NCBI GenBank assembly: GCA_003614675.1
Contig: ML002218.1
Span: 1 to 64,000 of the forward strand
Direction of reading: 5' to 3'
From: Dimargaris cristalligena
Lineage: Eukaryota
Length of the DNA stretch: 64,000 bases
Positions 32,167 to 45,666 of this stretch are shown piece after piece. The notes under the pieces are model-generated. The model worked only from the letters and a program-made list of their open reading frames with translations, was not told where the DNA came from and ran no database searches. Position numbers and translations under genes: made by a program. Position 1 is the stretch's first letter. Each line of letters opens with the position of its first letter.

Positions 32167-33303
32167 GGTAATTAAACTACATATGACAATCGGTAGGGGG
32201 TAAGGGGGGAAATGATGGCCAGGGAAATTAGATGTGCGGACTATCGACTATTTGGTGGTTAATTATAAATATTCCGACCGGCAGTTAGTTTCGCGAGCGA
32301 GGCATGTCATGCTTATTTATGCTTGGATCTGACATCGTATACTAGCTATCCCATTCCCATCCTACAGTTTCAAAGTGTGGGGGGTGGGTATTCCTGAGGT
32401 TTTTTTTTACAGTGTCCATTTGAAATACATTGCATGTAAGGATTTCCAAGCTAGATTAGCTGTGAATAATATGGTCGATTATCAGCTGATATTAGTACTT
32501 AAAGATGGGCAGTATAAGACTGCAATCGCTATTTTTTCCTTAAGCGCCTACATTCCCAACCATCCATTGGAGTCGATTGCCCAAAATGACGTATAACCTG
32601 CAAAACCAACAACATCTAACTGTGTTACATAGGCTTATATATTTACAGGCCATCTAGCTCTATCCATACTCCGTGTCACAAATTAATGGTAGAATCTGAC
32701 TCCCTGGCCCAACCCGCTCCCAAAATGGCCATTAATATCTAATTACAGTGCATTCCTAGCACTCGGGTATCGGCTACCCAATTGCATATGCAAGTGCCAC
32801 TTCCTCTCATCACCGTTTTGGCCGCCAAACCGATTGACGTAGGTTAAATTCAACTGACTCGGAAATTTGATAAAACTATACCTATATCACTACTTTTTGT
32901 TTTGTACACTGTCCTTTTACTAATAAGGAACTCGGGTCCCAAAAATATGCTGTAAATATCAATAGAAATATGACTAGACTAGACTAAAGTAATGTTTCAA
33001 ACTCATGAAAGGCGCCCAAGGGCAACCATAATCAAGAAAACCACCCCTAGGTAGTCCAATACAATGATGTAACATGGTGGATGAATAAGGAATGTTTGGT
33101 CGATATGGCACGGAGGTATGGCGTACAAACCTAACAGGAAAAGACCCCCTCCCCCCCTTCACAGAAAATTATAATACGGGGATGGGACAGGTTACATTTC
33201 CGAAACTTTCACCTGCGGTTAAATGAAACTCTAATTAGCTATTTGTATCACTGCCCTCTTGACTCCAAAATTATATCCACAACCCAACACTTTCCGAAGA
33301 AAA

Positions 33304-36300
33304 CTAATAGGTTGGGTAATCGGTGTTATAATCGCCATTTGCGGAGTATCCATTGTACGAATTATGAGACTCTGACGTGATGGGGTTATAGTAGAGCTGG
33401 CTAGTGGGGACGGCCTGGGATGTTGGTGCAGTAGACGTGGTGGATGGGGGAGCTGAAGAAACTACCGGGGAAGGCAAAGTAGCCGGTGTATATGTGGGCG
33501 CAGGTCCCATGGACCACTGGACCGCCGGGGCAGTCGGTGTAGGTGCAGCCTGAGAAATTGCCGAACTCGGTACCGTTGCTGTTGAGGAAATAATCGGCGC
33601 TGATGACGCAGCATAGAACGGCGCATAGCTCGGGGTTGTCGAGGTCGCTGCCATACTCTGAAGTAGTGATGCGGCACCAGTCGCTACACCCGAATGACTT
33701 GGCATTTGAAATGATGCCTGGGCCGGGGGCTGAGAATGAATCGGCTGTTGCGGTTGCGGTTGTAGTTGTTGCTGCTGGGCCTATTATTTGGTGATGTATA
33801 TATATATAATACGTTCGTTGAACGGAAAGGTCATCATAACATTTTGATACAAAATCATTAATCGATGGCTTTGAATTAACTATCTGGACATCCCCTCCCG
33901 CAAACCGGTTAGTCCTCGGAGTATTGCAGTCGGACAGTGGTATCCATTGCAGGTTCTGACTATCACCATGGAGGCAGGGCTGAAGCAGTATACTTACCAG
34001 GAGGCTGAGAAGTTGGGCCACTTGGGCGCCCTGCGGCCCCATCAAGCTCATGAGTGGATTCTGGGCGACAGAAGGTTGAGCTTGGACCGGGGTTTGGGTT
34101 TGGGCTGCTAAAAGCGAAAGCACTTGTTGGGCTTGCTGGGCCTGTTTAAGGCGTTCCGCATCCACTGTCTGGGAGGGTTCCGCGGCCGGCGCATTCTCGT
34201 AGTGAGTAGTTGGCGGGCGCCCACTTGCGGGTGAGGGATTTTTGAATTCAGAGGAAATAGAGCCCCGTGATTCAGGGGGGCCGTAACGCGTCCGACTATC
34301 GTCACGACTGTGTTGGTATGGGTGATGACGCGGCGCCGGTGATCTTGATCGCTGCGAACTTCCCTCGTAGTGGCTTCTGGACGAACGATCATCCTCATAG
34401 TGGTTATTATACTCACGGTCGGAATAATGAGAGGCCCCTCCGCGACCACGCGCGTGCATTGGTTTGGAGTAACGGGACATGCTCCTGGGAATAGTAGGAT
34501 TTAGCAATGGGGGTAGGAGGTTCTCGCCAGAAGTACGGTTAGTACCAATTCTAGTTATGTGCAATCGGTCTAGTCGGACCTCATCGAACAATTTATTCTA
34601 GGACAAGGCCAAAGAAGCTGTAGAAGAGATAAAGGTTGGGGTGTACTTACTTTTGGGCCAAATCCCATAGGAATCGACAGTCGATAGTGCCGTGGTTATA
34701 CTGAGCCCCGGTGGCATAGTCATGGGCCTTGACGCAGTCCCGGCTATCGTAGAACTCGAGTACCCGTTGCCTATGTTATAAAAATAGCCCCGCGGATTAT
34801 GTATTGGGAGTTTAACGTTGTGATAAAGACATAGACAGTAAGTATCAATATAAAATCAAGAATAGGGCTAAATAGTTAGTCTATGCTATTCAATGGAGAG
34901 TCAAACGTACCTGACATTTTCCCGGAAGGGTTTGATATCTTTGACGTCGCCATACTGTTGGAAAAATCTGCGCAGCTCATCATCGTCGACTGGACGATTG
35001 TCATCGCGAACGGTTACGAGTAGAGTGCCCTAAATATGGCCATAACATAGCCAACAACAAATGGTACATTATCGTGGGTTGAGTAAGATATATGATTAAA
35101 AAGTCCTCGCCGTGAACCATAGGAATCTGGCAGCTAATCGGCCGATTCTACTGGGTAATTTAAGTAATAAAAATGGGACAGGGTGCTTAGCTTACCTGAT
35201 TGCTGCGGCGATCACATATATCGGTCAGCGCTTTGTCATCTTTGGGGAACGAAAATTGGATATCCAGCTATACGCAGTATAATCCGCAATGTAAGGGCCA
35301 GTGAAAGGGATGGTTAGAATACTATAGCAAGAATAAGAAAAGCGCAGTCTAATAGAGCACTTTTGGTATGATGAGCTATGGCAAGCCGAAACTTAGAATA
35401 TCCGACTTACAGGAACCCCGTCGATTTCTTTGCCATTGAGCTCTTCCAACGCGCGAATGGCGTTTCGAATATCATACTGGATATTGCCGAGTTGAATCAT
35501 TTGATTTTAAAGGACAGTACGGTATATAAGGAATGATGATGAGAAAGGCCCCAGACGTAAATGCTGGGCGAGGGGGAGCAATTCGCAAACTCCAGGTATG
35601 GAATGGTCCCGGGCATAGGTAAAGCGGGCCATCTGCAGCCCTTCGCCTCGTTTAGTATCCGCTTTTGCAGGTTGTTATATGGTCGTTTTTTCGGGAATGG
35701 TTCATTTGATCCACTTACATAACTGAAGTAGCCGATACCACGGTGCGATAAATGGTCACAAATGTCGAATAAATCACCGTACTTTCGAAAGTACGGATCT
35801 AGAGTTCCTTGTTGGACATCCGGCTGAGTCGGATGAAGTGGGCGATGATTTAGATTCATTTGCGATGGGGTACCAAGAAATGCGAACAAATGCGCATTAG
35901 CCACACGCAAAGAACAGTTGATGAAATTTAGATGAAGTGGTACGTGTAGTTGTTAATATGAATAGTCGCATTTCCTATCACTACTCGTGGGCTAAGCAGC
36001 GATTGAATGAACTACCAATGTGACATGTAGTAACCATTCAGAGTCAGGGTGCTGGGAGCGATATGCAATTAGGAGGCCATGCCACGATTTTCTTTGGAGA
36101 CTGTCTTGAATAGCCTGAGGGATAACTATTGCATGCATTATATTACCTTGCTGTATCTCACAAATAGTGTTCGAACGGGCTGTACGGTTTTTTCCCGGAA
36201 ATCCGACCTAGGCCCACGCCTGGCAGGGTAGTTATCAAACGAGGAGCGGTCTTTACATCAGTAGCCGGTGTTATTCATGGGTGGTGGTAGAATATGAAGC

Positions 36301-37590
36301 ATTCCCCATGAAGCAGCATCCGTGGAATTGTTATGTTTTCAGTTTGGCACAATAGCATCGGAATTGATGGGCAGCATAACGGGGAATATAAGCAAATAGC
36401 AACAATTATGGGAGGTTTAAGCATATGGTATGATGTGGAATGTATACTGGCTAAAAGAGGCATGCCCTGTGTGGATGCCGGTGGCTAATGTTACACAACC
36501 AGAGGGCTATTATTATTTTATGCAATTATTCCAAAGGGCAAAACTCCGGTGAAATAACAGCAACAGGACTGTGGTGGGTGGGGAAGGGATACATAGACAT
36601 CGCAGCATAGGCATAGGACCTTCCTTAAGCGGGAGTTACTAAACCTAAACGGGTTTACAACCCATCCATCCCGTGTTACCGGCCAAGTGGCACCAGCAGG
36701 GATGGTAATGGTGAAAACCACTAATCCTGTGGAACCTTTGAACTGAGAATATCCGCTAGGGCCTGCGTATCTTCGAGTAGTTTGTATCCCCCGCCCACCT
36801 CACCTGTTTTGTTTTTTTTACAGTATGCTTGGTTTATCGGCCTTCTTGTTCTGTGATGGTATGTACTAGTCCCCTGGAAGAGTTCAACGGTAGGTGATGC
36901 AAAGTCGCCCTCCATTGCGAATGCCTTCGGAATAAGGAAAACTTCCTCCGAATGGCCCGCTTAGCTGGACGTAAAGAGCACTGGGATACACAATTGCCAC
37001 GCAAAACCGCATAGGCCTCTCAGGATTTGAACAGCCCGACATCATCATATCCATGTTCGCTTTGGTAGAGGCATTTTCGATTTCATCTAACCCTGAGTTT
37101 TTTTCCGGTTCATCCGCGGACTGCATTAGAGACTGGCTGTGCTCATTAACCAAAAGGGTACACAGTGGCATGTCTGTCTGAATATATATATATATATATC
37201 GATAAAATAGCAAAGCGGCTTTACCTAGTTATGACCAATAGGGAATTAGGGTAGTGCCAAAATAAAACGACGCAATAATTTTAGTGTAAAGTGGTTAGAT
37301 AAGGTATGATTGATTTAAAAAGGAAGCACCGCCCCTCCAATATGCAAGTCGATAAGCTAAAAGGGTGTTGGCTGTATGCTATAGATTCGGGCATACAAGT
37401 AGGTCTTACCTGATTGACGGGAGGGAGGCCCGTAGGAGCGCGGGCGGTCCTCGTAGTGAGACCTGGGCGGATAACTGCCGCCTCGTCCACGCTGGGACGG
37501 GCGGAAGCCACGACCACGGCCAGAACCGTAGTCCCGATTGGAAGGACCGTAAGGCGGATGACGCGACTCTGAGTAAGAACTGTGGTCCAT
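33304..37590 (-). CDS. RNA-binding protein with two MEI2-like RRMs; 9 predicted exons: 37590-37410, 36250-36147, 35823-35719, 35476-35411, 35267-35196, 35029-34911, 34770-34651, 34484-33998, 33780-33304
   Basis: Manual splicing at GT-AG sites keeps the frame and gives PVRTLFVRY..., RGIGYFSY|YDIRNAIRALEELNGKEIDGVP|LDIQFSFPKDD...NQ|GTLLVTVR...DDELRRFFQQYGDVKDI...RVLEFYDSRDC. This is the RRM1-RRM2 pattern of MEI2-like proteins. RG-rich N-terminus and Q/P/S/T-rich C-terminus. The exon 2 acceptor (AAG) is the least certain. Confidence 0.85.
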
Positions 37591-38956
37591 TTTCGGAGGA
37601 GGGGTGACGACTAAGCAAATAGAACGTAGGGATGTGAGCAGGAAGGAATAAGAGGTATCGAAATACTCCAAGATAGAGGGATATTCTAGGTAGATAAGAA
37701 GTCAAAAGGAAATGGTGCACATGAGACAATGCACCGCGGAATAGTATAGAAAAGAATCGAAAGGAAAGGAATAAAACGCTAGGTTGGTGGGGAAAAAGGC
37801 CTATGTATCAAAGCCGACGTTGCCTGATGGCCCTAGCCCCAATGATCATCGACCTTCTCCCACTTTTTTCACCCTCTTTCTTCCTTTCTCTCTCTCTCTC
37901 TCTCTCTCTCCTCTTTGCCGACGACCCAACCACCAAAGCCCTTTTTATAGTGTGGATGGCGGGGAAAGGTGGCGCGTGGGCTGGGAAACAGGCCTTGTGG
38001 TGAAGGCAGAGTGTCCTACACTGGTTGGCCGCGCAGCATCAGTATGGATATATAGATAGATATATGCGACTAAAGTGATTCGGAGTGAGGAGAAGAGGGC
38101 GCCCGTAAACACTGGTCGAAACGACTTTCGGCAGGGCTTAGTAATCTACCCAGCGCAAGGGGAAAATACGAAGGAAGAACTCACTCTGTTTTACTTTTTT
38201 AAGTGTGAGTCGTTCAGTAATTCCAACTCGCTTCAACCACTGCTAGGTATTGATTATAAAGAACCGGCATGAGTGGTGGGGCTGAGTCAGCCTATCCTAT
38301 TTCCCCATAAGCCTCTCCTAAAAAGCGCCCAATAGAAAGTTACTGGGGATGGTGGATTGGCGGCCACCTTCGCCCGGGTAAACGATGTATACAAACACGG
38401 GATCATCGAGGGAAGGAGGGGGCGATGGTGGTGGTCTAGTGTGGCCAGATGACTTTCCTTTGATCAGCCGGGCCGGTCTTTCAATAATCCTACTACACCA
38501 ATATGCCCCCCAACTAAGCAAGCGGACCCCCTTGGTCAAGGGCGGGCCTAAAACATACCAGCCTACCCATGGTGGGTTCGTAAAAAAGACCCTCCCGTGA
38601 CTGGGTCCTACTCGACAACCCTTCGCAGTAGTACTTGGGGATGCGACTAGTTTGGTGAACCCGACAGCATGCTATGCGTAACCAACCACCACTCCGGTTC
38701 GTTTTTATCTGGGTGTGTACCCTTCCTAAACTATACGCCTCAGGCCCTGTTTAGTCCATTTTTGATCTTAAAATGCCACAGATATTTATTGCCCTTGTAA
38801 AACTAGTAAGCAAGGGGTAATTAATAAATGAAGAGGTCCACTGACCCGGAAATCTGATAAAGCCCAGCATAGAATGGGTGGGTGGTGCCAGCCCCTAATG
38901 GCGGGGGAGATATGGTTGTTAAACATCACGTAGTTGGACTGGGCGGTTGGGGTAGA

Positions 38957-39949
38957 TTAGAGGGAATCGTCACCAAAGAGGTTGGAGTCCTCAGCATCCA
39001 GAGCCCGGGACGACCTCTTGGTACTCCGGGGGGCCATGTCGCGGTCCTTCTTGTGCGAAGAGGAGCGAGCCGAGGAACGGGTGGTGGTCTTCCGCAAGTT
39101 CTTCTTACCGGATCTCAACTTAGTAGCGCGCTTGCCATCCTTCGAGCGGAGGTTCTTCTTATTAGCCCGCAGCTTCCGGGACGACGACTTGTTGCGCAGG
39201 TGGTGCTTACCGGATCGGCTGAAAGACTTGGAGCGTGTGCGCTTGCCCGCGGACTTACGGGAATGGGAACGGGAACGGGTCACCGAACCAGACCGGTCGC
39301 CCTTCGACTCCGAGCCAACCAGCCTCGTAGTTTCCTCGACGTTAGTCTCGGTGATGCTGTCCTTGGTCCGCTTCACCTGACGCATCTTCCGCGACTTTTG
39401 CAGCTTCTTGGACTTGTTCGCCTTGCGGTTCTTGCGTTCCTGCTTAGCCGTGCGGGCCTTGCGGGTCCTCTTCAACTGCCCGGATTTCCGGGCCTTGTGC
39501 AGCTGCCGGTTCTTCCGGTGATGCTTGCGCAGCGCCCGAAGCTTACGCTGCTTACGCAGCATCTTCTTCGCGCGGGACTTGCGAAGCGCCCTGCTCTTCT
39601 TGTGCGACTTCCGGGTCTTGTGGGACCGCTTAGAAGTAGCCGGCTTGGTTTCGCTCTCGAGGGTATCCAACGACGCCGAACGGCTCAACTTTCTAACCCC
39701 CGACGAGCGTTTGGTGGTGGACCTTTTGGTCTCAGCCACACCGTCTGAATCCGTGGATACGGAGGAAGTCGAGGAAAACTTACGGGACTTGTTGATGGGC
39801 CCGTTGGAATGGTCCAGGTTATCCAGACCAGTCGGTAGGTTGGTGAATTCCGACGTTTCGGCATAGGTGGAAGAAGGAACGGTGATGAGGGCGGTGAAGG
39901 CGCAGATGGCACCCAGAACCAGTTGCTTTTTAGTCAGGGAGGAAGACAT
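38957..39949 (-). CDS. Secreted, extremely Lys/Arg-rich orphan protein (330 aa)
   Basis: ACACCATG start. Signal peptide MSSSLTKKQLVLGAICAFTALITVPSSTYA|E. Two polybasic blocks separated by an acidic spacer (DSITETNVEETT), and an acidic C-terminus. AAG/CGC-biased codons. TATAAAAA at 40124-40131 (minus strand). Confidence 0.85.
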   Translation of the reverse strand: MSSSLTKKQLVLGAICAFTALITVPSSTYAETSEFTNLPTGLDNLDHSNGPINKSRKFSSTSSVSTDSDGVAETKRSTTKRSSGVRKLSRSASLDTLESETKPATSKRSHKTRKSHKKSRALRKSRAKKMLRKQRKLRALRKHHRKNRQLHKARKSGQLKRTRKARTAKQERKNRKANKSKKLQKSRKMRQVKRTKDSITETNVEETTRLVGSESKGDRSGSVTRSRSHSRKSAGKRTRSKSFSRSGKHHLRNKSSSRKLRANKKNLRSKDGKRATKLRSGKKNLRKTTTRSSARSSSHKKDRDMAPRSTKRSSRALDAEDSNLFGDDSL

Positions 39950-41399
39950 GGTGTAAACGGTTACTTGGACTGTTCTAAAATGCGAAAATTGCGTGGCAAA
40001 CGTGAAAATGATACGTTGTTGATGTATAGATGTGAGCGGAAATGTGGAAATGCTATGGCAAATGCGAAATGAAAAGGAAATGGTGGTGAGGATAATGTAA
40101 CCAAAGGAGGGTAGAACATCGCCTTTTTATACCCAACTCTAGTAAACTTAGCGATAATGCCAATATCCCACTATTAATGCGACCCTGGACAGTGCCGTCT
40201 GTCGGACCGACCACAATAATATCCGAGACGATACTCGGCCAACACAAGGAGCAACACGTCCATTATTGCACCTCCACCCTCCCCTTCCTCCATCCCCTCC
40301 CTTCCCTTCTATCCCCTCTCCGTCGTCCAAACTCCCGTCCACTATATCCACGATCTCCACCGGTCCCAGAAGATATATGATTGTTCTAGTTAAACCGACA
40401 ATACCTCTTGTACTTTCGGAAATATACTACCCCCTCTTCCATCTGACTATCCCGCGACTATATTTAACCGTGACTGTGATAACGACCATTTGGTATGATT
40501 GGCAATTAACTGAAGGCTCTTGGTCTATTCCACGCGCTCTATTTTCCCGGGGGGCTAGTCGCCGGAATTCAAGAATATCACCCTTGGGTATTAGTAGCCT
40601 CTTTAGCCTAGCATTTAACCAGTCGCTATTATTATAAATGAAGACGATCGGGGAGTGCAATGGCAATACTTCTGGGGTAAATTTAGATGGCCACCTTAGC
40701 TATACTCTGTGGGAGAACACGGCAGTATTCAGCGGGGGACCCTTACAGCCTAGCCTACCTTAAATTAAATGACGAGGGGGAGGGTAGCGATGGGAAGGCT
40801 GGTCAAACCATATAGAGAAGAGGGAGCGCAACTGTAGTGTCGAAGATGGGGGAATATGAACGGTGATCTCTGCCCATTCACTTCACCCTTGGCGACAAAG
40901 GCGAAAGTCGATAATCGGACCCAAGAACAAAAAAAAAATAAGACACTGTCAGCTATATGAATCTATTATTAGGCAAGTATGCCGCCGGCTGTACTTCTGC
41001 TAGGAGTAAAACGTCCATTGGGACTATGGAGTTGTATATTACCCGAGGATCTATAGTCAAGGGTATTCTCATAAGCGTAAATCTGCATTAGATGGGCCCG
41101 TTTGGCCGACGGCGAATTCATAAGAAGAGCAATATCAACAACCCAATTTTTTTCGCTACTAGCACTGGGAGGGCCTCGTAAACCAACATCCTTTAGTGAT
41201 TCTGCAGCCCACACGCACTTCCTTTAAGTCAATTATGGCGGAGGCATAGCGGGGCTGAATAACGAATCATCCGTTTATTAAAGCGGGTTTACAGGCATAA
41301 AGTAACTTTTTCTCCTATTTTCCGTATGGGAATTTATGCAAACCTCTATAGAGAGCTCTGTCAAGGTTTATACATACAAAACCAGAGAAGCTGTATGAA

Positions 41400-41541
41400 T
41401 ATGGGTGAAATTCGGCCCAGCTATATAAGGGTTTACATTATACGTGTATGGGAAAATATATGGGGAATGTATTTTTCACTAGTAATATTGGTTGAATCTA
41501 ATGGATTTTTCGTTATACAGCTTGGATGAACTTCTCCCATA
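41400..41541 (+). mobile_element. MITE-like element, copy A (142 bp including flanking TAs)
   Basis: TA-TGGGTGAAATTCGGCCCAGCTATATAA ... TTATACAGCTTGGATGAACTTCTCCCA-TA: ~30-bp imperfect terminal inverted repeats around an AT-rich non-coding interior. Confidence 0.75.
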
Positions 41542-44500
41542 CAATTACATCAATGGCAGCAAGTGCTAATGGAAGGCGGGGTTGCAATAATGAAGTTAGA
41601 CCTTTAGATAGAAAGGCGTGTGCAATTAAAGCGGAGAAGGGATTCGGGTGAACGAAGACTCAGAACATCCTCTTCTATATCGCCGGATCCTTCCTTCTAT
41701 TTTGATCCCTATATAAAGAAACGAGCAGGGTAGTTTGGGGAAGAGGAGCCGAAATAAAACTGTTCCTCCCCGCCCCCGCTTCCCGTCTCATGGAACGGTC
41801 CCCGATTCAAAAGAAGGGGAGGTCTGGTTTCGAGAACCTCATTAATAGCACAGCCTCCCATTTCCATTTACAAGCGACGTCTACTCAAGCCCACGCTCTC
41901 CTCCTAGTCGAATGGCCACCTGAGAAATTTGGGCTACTCGGTCTCCAGAGATGGAATGGTATTGGGGCGAGGGGGGTAGAAAGACAAGAGTGCGAGTTTA
42001 AAAACACAGCCACGGCTCTATATGTTATAAATGTGCATTACTGCGATTATATAAGGACATATTCAGATTTATATACTATCGATAGAGAGACGGTATATCT
42101 AAAATTAACTATTACACTCCACAGCTGGTTACCAAACGGCCATCTCCACCCGCTATTAGCAACTCCCCCGTAAGGTACGTTTAACGTCTCTTATCGATTA
42201 AGTAGACCGTAGGACTATATCTAAGTTGGTAATCCCAGTCCGCCTCCCACGCTACTCCCAGCCCTTCACCACTTTATTAAGCTTTTATTTAGAACACCAG
42301 TCCGAGCTAAGTCTAGCCATGGATAGGTAGGCCGGTGGGATAGCCTCAATTTGACTGTCGCACAGTTGGGCAAGGATAGGGGATGGATGGAAGGGAGTCA
42401 GGAATGAGGCGAGGGGGACACAATCAACAATGGACTAGTGTGAAAGACGTGAGTAACCCTGCACAGTCTCAACAGGGATGAACAAACGGTGGTGACGAGA
42501 GGCCATCAATACGACCAACGTGGTGGTTAGCGGGAGTACTGGCCGCATGGCCTTTCCGACCATTGGAAACCGTATCTTCATTTGCTCATCGCTATGCAGA
42601 AACAGCGACCGGTTGATGCTGGTCTAATTCCACTGCTATATTACACGTTAATAACCGAAAAACAGATGGTCCAGTGTTGATATTATTAAATAGTAGGAGA
42701 CTGTAGCACCGCCCAGTAATCGGTAAACCATATCCACTCATACCCACATACAACCTCTGTACACCTGTAGGTTTTTATAGAGATATTTCGGGGGAATAAT
42801 CTGCACTCGCCTCTGGTTATTATACAATACTGAGATCAAATGTACGTCACCTTCCATTTACGGATGGCCTTCACCCGATAATCTGCAACTGGCCGTTGGT
42901 CATTCGCCTAGTATTAGGAAATATATGCAACGATTCATATACCAGCATCGCTGGATGTTGTTAATTCCCTTGGGTTAGTTCGAGGTCTCGACCATTTAAG
43001 CAGACCATACAGTGGGGGTAGGTTGGCAAGAGTGTGTGTATCTGGCGACCGTAACCTATCACCAGCAGCCATCCCATGCGGCCATAAAAAATCCCAAGCC
43101 TGATTCAATTAAAGGTCGCACAGTAGCCTCCCCCCCTCTGAAAACTGAATACCAAAATTAAGCACACAAGCTAATGTAATGATTAAGGATGTTGTAGTAC
43201 CAGTACTCCTAAATGGGGGCTGGGAAGGCGGGTTGGAGGATTCGATAAATAGCCGCCCCCTAAATAATATAAAATCATTCATTCTTTAGTGTCGACGAAA
43301 GGCAGTGGAAGTATCGGTCCATATAAGGCATGTCCAAGTGGGACTAGTTAAGCGCATGTTGGGTACTGTGCCACCCCCCAACGGATGGTGCACTGTACAA
43401 GCGTATCGTACTTCTAGTGAAATTGGGAGAGGACGGGGTGTAAGTAAAAGAGGGTGGCTACACATATAATCGGAACTTAGTAATCCGCGGTAACTAAACA
43501 AAATACTTAATAGGCGCACGAAGAAACGGGTGACTTCCCGTTCCGGTGATACCCGAAGGCGATGGCTAATCGGAAAAGCAATGGAGGAGGTGGTGGATAT
43601 TTTTTTCTTCTGACAGATTGCGCGTGGATTTGGAAGGCTTGGGCCATGGCGAAACACAACAGTAAAGATGAGGGAAATTCGGGAAGTCAAGAATAACAAA
43701 AATAGAGGGGATTGTGCTGGAAATATGTCCTCCATTCGCATACCCTCGCTTTCAAGTATCTGCAAAAGATTTGTAGCGCCATGGGTGAGTGGACGGGCCG
43801 TATGACTCGATATGGAGGTGCATGCATAGTCCTGGGTAAATGAGCCGGTATGGATCAGAGGGCGACTTTAATAATAGCGAACATGTAAGGTAGGCCCATG
43901 TACATGCCAAGCCCCCTCCCCAAATATGGTTGCATAATAGTATATATATGTTTATTTATTTACTGTTAAGAGTCCCAAGTAACGCAAAAGACCTGATGCG
44001 TCAAAGCGGGTTTAGGCCTGCAATTCGGACGAAGAACATGGTCCGCAAATACCCCGGTCCGCGTGGCTGTGGTGGTGAATCACTAGCGACTTTTGATATA
44101 AAGGGGGGAATGAACATTTAGACCAAATGGATCTGGGACTACGTAGTAACTGGCCCTTTTAATTTACGTTGGGCTGAGGGAGTTGCCCCACATGGCTACG
44201 CTGACAGGCATTTTAGGGATTGCCCACGACGCGGAGGATTTCGTGTGTGTAAAGGGGGGGGGAGTGGCAGGAGGACGGACGGACCGATCAGCCCAATCTT
44301 GGGTCACTCGTTGTTGGAAGGCTTTGATGGTACAATGGGGGAGGGGCGGGTGTCACATCAGCCCGTCTCTCTTAGAACAGTGCTATGGTGGGTCGAAGGG
44401 TTGCGAACGTGACGCTGCGTGGAAGCGTGGCTACTCTGATAAAAGGGTTGGAAAGAACCAACGGCCACAATCACTCATGACCCAACCCCCCTACTTCCAC

Positions 44501-45386
44501 ATATCCAGTCCCCTCCTCCCCAATTGATTATTGTCGGTCCTCCTTTCGAGAGAGATGGTTACACATCCGCTATTTCCCTGTTTTAGTCGAGTGTGCCCCT
44601 TATGGGAAGGGGGGGAGGTTACACCCTCTCCCCCAAAAAAATAGAATAAAAAAGAAACCGGCCCCACTACCTGCCGGTATGCAAAACGCTGCAGTTAATC
44701 GAATTTCAGGGTCCTTCGTGAAATTCATTAAATTAATTTGGATAACAGTAAAAGGGTGATGGCACCCAGAACCGGACCAGGACTGTTATTCATGGAGTCC
44801 CAGGTGATAATTCAAAGACGATGACTGAGGGCCCTTTCTATGTCAATACAATGAATACCCTGCCAGCGAGCTCCATTGAAACAACGCCATTCTAATATAG
44901 CTGTGCATATAATATAACCTACTGAGTTCCGGGGAAATCGGGTACTTTTAATATAGGAAGGTCTTCACAACCTACGGAATGGTACCTCTGGGAGGTGTTG
45001 GCTCCCCTTCCCCGACTTTTCGGATCGATTTGAGTTTAGCGGGGCCTCTCTTGCCTATCGCGGTGGATCAGTTCCGGCAGGGATCGTAAACGGGACAGAG
45101 AGCAGGGAGCCCCGGGTGATAGATTAAAGTCGCCTATACCACGCTTATTAGATTTGAATCCAAACATACACCGCGTGTCCCATACTCCACCGATCCGTTC
45201 CCGCATGCAAACCAATTGTCGGAATGGCTTATTGCGATGATAGTGGTAGGGGCTATAGTATACCACGGGACCATTGTGTAGCTAATGTAGGGGGATTGAC
45301 AGGACTCTGTTTACCACAGCCGAGGCGCTATGCGTGGACATATCACCGATATACACCTCTCACCTATAGTTGGCGATTAGAGAACA

Positions 45387-45526
45387 TATGGAAGAAATTC
45401 AACCCAACTGTATAAGATTTGACAATACATGTATGGGAAAATATGTGGGAGAATAACTTATGACCAGTAATATTTACCTCATCCAATGGATTATTCGTTA
45501 TACAGCCTGGATGAGCTTCTGCCATA
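45387..45526 (+). mobile_element. MITE-like element, copy B
   Basis: TA-TGGAAGAAATTCAACCCAACTGTATAA ... TTATACAGCCTGGATGAGCTTCTGCCA-TA. Confidence 0.75.
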
Positions 45527-45666
45527 TGGAAGAAATTCAAACCAGCTGTATGAGGTTTTACATAATACGTGTATGGATGAATATATGTGAGAATATCTTT
45601 TAACCAGTAATACTGGCTTCATCCAATGGATTTTGCGTTATACAGCCTGAATGAACTCCTCCCATA
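45525..45666 (+). mobile_element. MITE-like element, copy C, head-to-tail with copy B and sharing one TA
   Basis: Junction ...CTGCCA-TA-TGGAAGAAATTC...; ends TTATACAGCCTGAATGAACTCCTCCCA-TA. Confidence 0.75.

Noticed and set aside
33781..37409. Possible U12-type (minor) introns in the RRM gene
   Set aside because: All donors are U2-like (GTAAGT, GTAAGC, GTAAGA, GTAATA, GTACGT); none has RTATCCTT.
45387..45666. Tandem ~140-bp repeats considered as a CRISPR array or satellite
   Set aside because: Eukaryotic context, no unique spacers, and the units have TIRs and dispersed copies, so a MITE explains them better.
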